A DNA stretch of 64,000 bases from NCBI GenBank assembly GCA_016213925.1, contig JACQZH010000041.1, positions 73,352-137,351 of the forward strand, read 5' to 3'. This document shows positions 59,596 through 64,000 of the stretch, one piece after another. Under the pieces are notes generated by a model. The model was not told the origin of the DNA. It worked only from the letters and a program-made list of their open reading frames with translations, and did not search any database. The position numbers and the translations under genes were made by a program. This DNA comes from Candidatus Omnitrophota bacterium. Lineage in GTDB: Bacteria; Omnitrophota; Gorgyraeia; B26-G9. Numbering within the stretch: the stretch's first letter is position 1; each line of letters starts with the position of its first letter.

Positions 59596-61132
59596 TGTTG
59601 TGCTTATTCATCAACCATTAGAAACGTATAAGGGGATTACGTATAATATGCAACCAATCGGGTTGTTCAGTATCGCTGACTTTCTTGAACGTCATGGCAT
59701 TAGAGTAAGAATTATTAATATTGGAGTTGAAAAAAGATTGAATCAAAGTTTTTCCATCATTGATTATATTTTATCTACAGAGGCTAAGATCGTAGGAATA
59801 AGTATTCATTGGTATGTAACATTATATAATGCTCTTGTTATTGCTAAGGAAATTAAAATAAAAAGCAATGTGAAAATTGTTTTGGGTGGGTATACTGCTT
59901 CAATTTTTGCTAAAGAAATTATAAAGAAGTATGATTTTATTGATGCGGTTATTAATGGGGAGGGGGAAACTCCTTTTTTGATATACTCACAGTCAGTATT
60001 AGGCCAAGGGCCTTCTTTTAGCCAAATTCCCAATCTTGTTTTTCGTAATCATAATAGAGAGGCGCAAAGCAATTGTTGTTATTATGCAACGGCATTAGAA
60101 CTGGATAGTTTTGATTTTTCCAACATACAGCTTTTAAATAATTATGATACCTATTTTCACATGGCTTCTTTGAGTCCGATTGCTACCAGTCATCCAATGT
60201 CATTGAAAGTAACTTCTGATGTTTTGTTATGTGTGGGGAGAGGATGTGATAATACTTGTTATAATTGTGGGGCAAGTAGAACAGCGCTTAAAAAAACAAA
60301 TTTTTCATCAAAGGTGCGTTATCGTAATCATTCAATTGTAATTAAAGAAATAAAAAAATTCCTTGAATTGGGATATGATAACTTTTCTATCGTGTATAAT
60401 CCGGATGATGATTTTAGCTACTATTTAGGTTTATTCCAATTAATGCGAGATGAAAATATTAAAATAGGAATGAGTTTTGACTGTTGGTTTTTTCCACCGC
60501 AAAAGTTTATTGATGCATTTGCGGAAACATTCGATTTAGATCGAAGTAAACTGGGGATAACTATTGAAAGCGGATTGGAACGTACCCGCAAGAAGTATAC
60601 TAAGGTGCAAGCATCAAACGCCCAAATCATGCAGTTATTAGATTTTATTAGGGGCAAAGGGATATATGTACATACTTTTTTTACTGTTTGCATACCTGGT
60701 GAAACCGAAAATGATATAAAGGAAATGGTCTCTTTTATGCAGAGAGTTATAGATAAAAGTGATTGGTTTACTATTAATGCAATACCTATAGAACCGGCAG
60801 CAGAAATTGAACAAAATGCGCAACAATATGGAGTAAAAGTATATAGGAAGACATTAGAAGATTATTTAAGCTTTGCAAATGAGATGGCTGATTGTAAATA
60901 TCCGCTACATCCTCTGGGATATGCTACTAATGATATGACGGAAGAGGGATTGGAAAAGATTAAACTAAAACTATTTTTCTACTGTTATACGAATTGGCGC
61001 TATATCAGCAAGTTCTGTTGCGCTAACGCAAAAAATAGACGGCTGATAGCAACTAGTTTGGCTTGGTTGGGGTTGCTTTTTAATTCGCCTCGGATGTTTC
61101 ATCGTTATGCTCCTCCGGCCTTAGGCGCGTAA
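59582..61132 (+). CDS. B12-binding radical SAM protein
   Basis: VLGGYTASIF...AVINGEGETPFLI; GRGCDNTCYNC. Start set to the ATG 6 nt inside the ORF-track GTG. Confidence 0.6.
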   Translation: MQKFDVVLIHQPLETYKGITYNMQPIGLFSIADFLERHGIRVRIINIGVEKRLNQSFSIIDYILSTEAKIVGISIHWYVTLYNALVIAKEIKIKSNVKIVLGGYTASIFAKEIIKKYDFIDAVINGEGETPFLIYSQSVLGQGPSFSQIPNLVFRNHNREAQSNCCYYATALELDSFDFSNIQLLNNYDTYFHMASLSPIATSHPMSLKVTSDVLLCVGRGCDNTCYNCGASRTALKKTNFSSKVRYRNHSIVIKEIKKFLELGYDNFSIVYNPDDDFSYYLGLFQLMRDENIKIGMSFDCWFFPPQKFIDAFAETFDLDRSKLGITIESGLERTRKKYTKVQASNAQIMQLLDFIRGKGIYVHTFFTVCIPGETENDIKEMVSFMQRVIDKSDWFTINAIPIEPAAEIEQNAQQYGVKVYRKTLEDYLSFANEMADCKYPLHPLGYATNDMTEEGLEKIKLKLFFYCYTNWRYISKFCCANAKNRRLIATSLAWLGLLFNSPRMFHRYAPPALGA

Positions 61133-61222
61133 CATGGTAATTAAGGCAAATAGTATAAAATCCTTGCTAGTTGACGCGTAAAATAATATATGGCTTTATT
61201 GTTCGATGTTAAGATTTAAATT

Positions 61223-61909
61223 ATGAAATTATCAATTATAATTCCCGTTTATAATGAAGAGAAAACACTTGAGGTGTTATTATCGAAGCTAAATAAATTA
61301 CAACTCAATGGAGTTGAGAAAGAAACCATTATTGTTGATGATGGCTCTATAGATAAGACAAAAGAGATTATAAAGAAGTTTACCCAGGGAAAGATAGTAA
61401 AGTTGTGCCACGAAAATAATCTAGGGAAAGGTTCAGCTGTACGGACAGGGTTAAAGCGTGCGACTGGTGATTATGTTATAATTCAGGACGCTGATCTAGA
61501 GTATAATTCTGATGATTACGAGAAACTTGTTGAGCTTGCAAGGGAAAAAAATGCTGATGCAGTTTATGGATCGCGGTTTATTTTAAAGAATAATTATTTC
61601 GATCCATTATATTACCTGGCTAATAAATTGCTTACTGTTTTGACAAATATTCTTTATAACAGCAATTTAACAGATATGGAAACTTGCTATAAACTTTTTA
61701 AGCGTGATGTGTTTATAAGCTTGAGCTTGGAATCAAACGGTTTTGAGTTTGAGCCTGAAGTGACCGCAAAAGTTTTACTAAAAAGTATAAAAATACATGA
61801 AGTACCGATCACCTATCGTGCGCGGGAAGTGAATTCGGGGAAAAAAGTTAAGTTTATGGATGGAGTGAAGGCTGTTTATGTGCTTATAAAGTATAGATTT
61901 TTTTATTAA
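61223..61909 (+). CDS. GT2 Dpm1-like polyprenyl-phosphate sugar synthase
   Basis: LSIIIPVYNEEKTLE, VDDGSIDKT, IQDADLEY. Confidence 0.65.
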   Translation: MKLSIIIPVYNEEKTLEVLLSKLNKLQLNGVEKETIIVDDGSIDKTKEIIKKFTQGKIVKLCHENNLGKGSAVRTGLKRATGDYVIIQDADLEYNSDDYEKLVELAREKNADAVYGSRFILKNNYFDPLYYLANKLLTVLTNILYNSNLTDMETCYKLFKRDVFISLSLESNGFEFEPEVTAKVLLKSIKIHEVPITYRAREVNSGKKVKFMDGVKAVYVLIKYRFFY

Positions 61910-61974
61910 AAAAGCGGATATGTAGGTATTGCTTTTTTATTATGATAATGGCTGTTGATTCTATTAGGAGAAAA

Positions 61975-63441
61975 ATGAAAGTCGCTTTTGTAAATAATGG
62001 AACTGAGAGTTTAGGAGTAGGGTATTTAGCCGCATTTTTAAAGAAACAAGGGCATACAGTTAAAGTTTTTAACGATCCGCAATTATTCAGCGATGAATAT
62101 ATTAATAATAAGCATCTAAATAGAATTTTTAGTTTTCAAAAACAATTAATAAATGATGTAATTAATTTTTCTCCGGATTTAATTGGGTTCTCTGTTCTTA
62201 CGGATTACTATGAATGGGCTTGTTATTTAGCAGCGGAATTAAAAAAAAGATTGGCCAGGCCGATTATATTTGGGGGGATTCATCCGACATCTGTACCGGA
62301 AGAAGTATTGAAGAATAATTTTGTAGATATGGTTTGCATCGGAGAAGGGGAATTGGCGCTTTTGGATGTTGTGGAAAAATTGGAAAAAAGTTCTTGGCCG
62401 TATAATGTGTTAAACATTTGGACGAAAGATGGGCAGAAGATAATAAAAAATAAAATCAGGCCGTTGATAGACGACTTGGGTAAATTACCTTATCCGGACA
62501 AAACAGTATTTTATGAGGTTAGTCCATACTTCAAAACAGCATATTTTACAATAGCAAGCCGAGGATGCTTATATAAGTGTTCTTATTGTTGCCATTCTTA
62601 TTTGCGAGAAATATATCCAGAAACATGTTATTATCGTATTAGAAGTGTTGAAAATTTAATTGGTGAATTAGAGTGTTATCGGGTTAAAGATAAATATAAA
62701 GTTATTCGTTTTGTTGATGACATATTCCCTTCCGATAAAAAATGGTTAAGTGAATTTTCTAAGGTGTATTCAAAACGCATAGGAGTGCCTTTTATTTGTT
62801 ATATTCATCCCAGCGTTGCCAGGGAGGAACAAATATTATTATTAAAAAAAAGCGGGGCTTGTGAGATCGTGATCGGCGTGCAGACTTTATTTGAGAATAC
62901 CCAGAAAGAAGTATTAAACAGGCAAATTAATATTGATAATTGGGAGAGGACAATTTTATGTTTAAAGGAACATAAAATTTTTGTTACCGCAGAGAATATG
63001 ATAGGTATTCCGGGACAATGCATAGACGAGATAAAAGAGTTAGTGAAATTTTATTGTCGGAATAAGGTTGGCCGGATACATGTTAATTGGTTGCGTTATT
63101 ATCCAAAAACAAAGATAACCGATAAGTTTGGCCAAGGTATGCAGGGAATTAGGAAAAGAGATATAAAACCATTTACTCTTGGGGGTGATGTTTTTAATGA
63201 AGAACTAAATAAAATGAGGGTTATTTTTGCGCTCATAAATTTTTTGCCTAACAAACTGATATGTTTTATATTGCGAAGTAATGTTTATAAATATCTGCCT
63301 TCTTTCCCCTTGGTTTTTATTAATATTTTTTCTAATCTTAAAAGTGGCGCTGCTTCTAATAAAATTACGCGGAAAAGGGAATTTCTTAGATATTATACAT
63401 ATATAAAAAAGAAGAAGATTATTGACTCGGTTCTTTTTTGA
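61975..63441 (+). CDS. B12-binding radical SAM protein
   Basis: IFGGIHPTSVPEE...MVCIGEGELALLDV; SRGCLYKCSYC. Start set to ATG 61975, which follows AGGAGA. Confidence 0.65.
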   Translation: MKVAFVNNGTESLGVGYLAAFLKKQGHTVKVFNDPQLFSDEYINNKHLNRIFSFQKQLINDVINFSPDLIGFSVLTDYYEWACYLAAELKKRLARPIIFGGIHPTSVPEEVLKNNFVDMVCIGEGELALLDVVEKLEKSSWPYNVLNIWTKDGQKIIKNKIRPLIDDLGKLPYPDKTVFYEVSPYFKTAYFTIASRGCLYKCSYCCHSYLREIYPETCYYRIRSVENLIGELECYRVKDKYKVIRFVDDIFPSDKKWLSEFSKVYSKRIGVPFICYIHPSVAREEQILLLKKSGACEIVIGVQTLFENTQKEVLNRQINIDNWERTILCLKEHKIFVTAENMIGIPGQCIDEIKELVKFYCRNKVGRIHVNWLRYYPKTKITDKFGQGMQGIRKRDIKPFTLGGDVFNEELNKMRVIFALINFLPNKLICFILRSNVYKYLPSFPLVFINIFSNLKSGAASNKITRKREFLRYYTYIKKKKIIDSVLF

Positions 63442-63466
63442 ATTCTTATTGGGGGAAAGAATTTGC

Positions 63467-63634
63467 ATGATTAAAACTGAAAGAAATAATAAAAGTAAAT
63501 ATGTCCTGAAAGTATATCTTGAGAAATTTAAAGACAAGCGATATCCCAAATGGGAAAAAGTATTTATTTTCTTAATGCTTCTACTTGTTTTTTATTGTGA
63601 AATATTCTTTCGCATGACAATACCAAAATTTTAG
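63467..63634 (+). CDS. possible small single-pass membrane protein (55 aa)
   Basis: GGGGGAAAG RBS-like run 8 nt upstream; basic N-terminus then a hydrophobic helix FIFLMLLLVFYCEIFF. Could be spurious. Confidence 0.25.
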   Translation: MIKTERNNKSKYVLKVYLEKFKDKRYPKWEKVFIFLMLLLVFYCEIFFRMTIPKF

Positions 63635-63705
63635 GTTATGTTTTAAATAAGCATCGTTAGGTGTAGTAAAAGGATTGAATTTTAACAAAATATTTTTGTG
63701 AGCAA

Positions 63706-64000
63706 ATGGGTATTATTTCGTTTAAAATAAGTCAAACTAGAATTGAGTTTTCATTTAAAGCTTTAGCAGTTTTTCTAAAAGCTTTTTATAGTGATAAAAA
63801 AAAGAAAAAAAATTTAATCGAAGAGTTTGAAAAAGCTTTTGCCAAATATGTTGGAGTGAAAAATAGTATTTCTGTTTCTTCCGGGAAAATTGCTTTATGG
63901 TTAAGCCTGCGCGGTTTAAATGCTATAAAAGGCGATGAGATAATAGTTCCGGCTTACACAGTGCCGGAAGTTATTGAAGTGATTTTATTATGCGGACTGC
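63706..64000 (+). CDS. DegT/DnrJ/EryC1-family sugar aminotransferase (3' end beyond the window)
   Basis: LIEEFEKAFAKYVGVKNSISVSSGKIALWLSL...GDEIIVPAYT matches the N-terminal region of PLP-dependent sugar aminotransferases. Confidence 0.55.
   Translation, partial: MGIISFKISQTRIEFSFKALAVFLKAFYSDKKKKKNLIEEFEKAFAKYVGVKNSISVSSGKIALWLSLRGLNAIKGDEIIVPAYTVPEVIEVILLCGL

Noticed and set aside
41-63549. Numerous 60-170-aa minus-strand ORFs in the six-frame track (for example 41..343, 124..516, 1045..1398, 8228..8662, 38230..38733, 54439..54924, 63205..63549)
   Set aside because: All lie antisense within long, motif-supported plus-strand CDSs. They have low-complexity hydrophobic translations typical of AT-rich antisense frames and no RBS or start context. 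I treat them as spurious.
1-64000. RiPP (radical SAM-SPASM peptide maturase) cluster interpretation
   Set aside because: Many SPASM-type radical SAM enzymes would normally suggest peptide maturation. But I find no small Cys/Trp-rich precursor ORFs with RBSs next to them, no peptidase or ABC-exporter genes, and the surrounding genes are overwhelmingly glycan enzymes. I keep this only as a minor alternative for the repeat-domain fusions.
1-64000. CRISPR arrays, tRNA/rRNA genes, transposases or integrases
   Set aside because: No regularly spaced direct repeats, no cloverleaf-compatible segments in the short intergenic gaps, and no DDE/tyrosine-recombinase-like translations were seen. The window appears to be pure biosynthetic operon.

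Overview
AT-rich bacterial window (roughly 35% GC by eye) that is almost entirely one co-directional, tightly packed plus-strand gene array. Many adjacent genes overlap at ATGA/TGATG junctions, so most are probably translationally coupled. Only one gene is on the minus strand. Read directly from the sequence, the content is a very large glycoconjugate (polysaccharide, lipid-linked glycan or glycoprotein) biosynthesis and modification island. Its glycan-handling genes are: two GT4 and four GT2 glycosyltransferases (three of the Dpm1/GtrB polyprenyl-phosphate-sugar synthase type), at least six polytopic ArnT/PMT-like GT-C membrane proteins, three membrane-anchored SGNH/GDSL hydrolases, a NodU/CmcH-type carbamoyltransferase, a polysaccharide deacetylase, an AsnB-like amidotransferase, a WbuX/PseA-like N-acetyl-sugar amidotransferase, an NAD-dependent epimerase/dehydratase, a SAM methyltransferase and a DegT-type aminotransferase that is cut off at the window end. 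The unusual part is how many radical SAM enzymes are packed into it. I count 19 radical SAM domains in 18 genes. Ten have an N-terminal cobalamin (B12)-binding domain, eight have C-terminal Cys-rich SPASM/twitch-like extensions, and one is fused to a Gfo/Idh/MocA oxidoreductase. Two giant genes fuse radical SAM domains to multiple copies of a roughly 110-residue Trp-rich repeat domain that I cannot assign to any family I know. Both of these giant genes look damaged: one has an in-frame TAG inside a repeat, the other has a deletion plus frameshift inside its B12 domain. A short WbqC-like gene remnant sits in an intergenic gap. No rRNA, tRNA, CRISPR array or recognisable transposase or integrase was seen. 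All functional calls come from reading motifs in the supplied translations; none was confirmed by a search.
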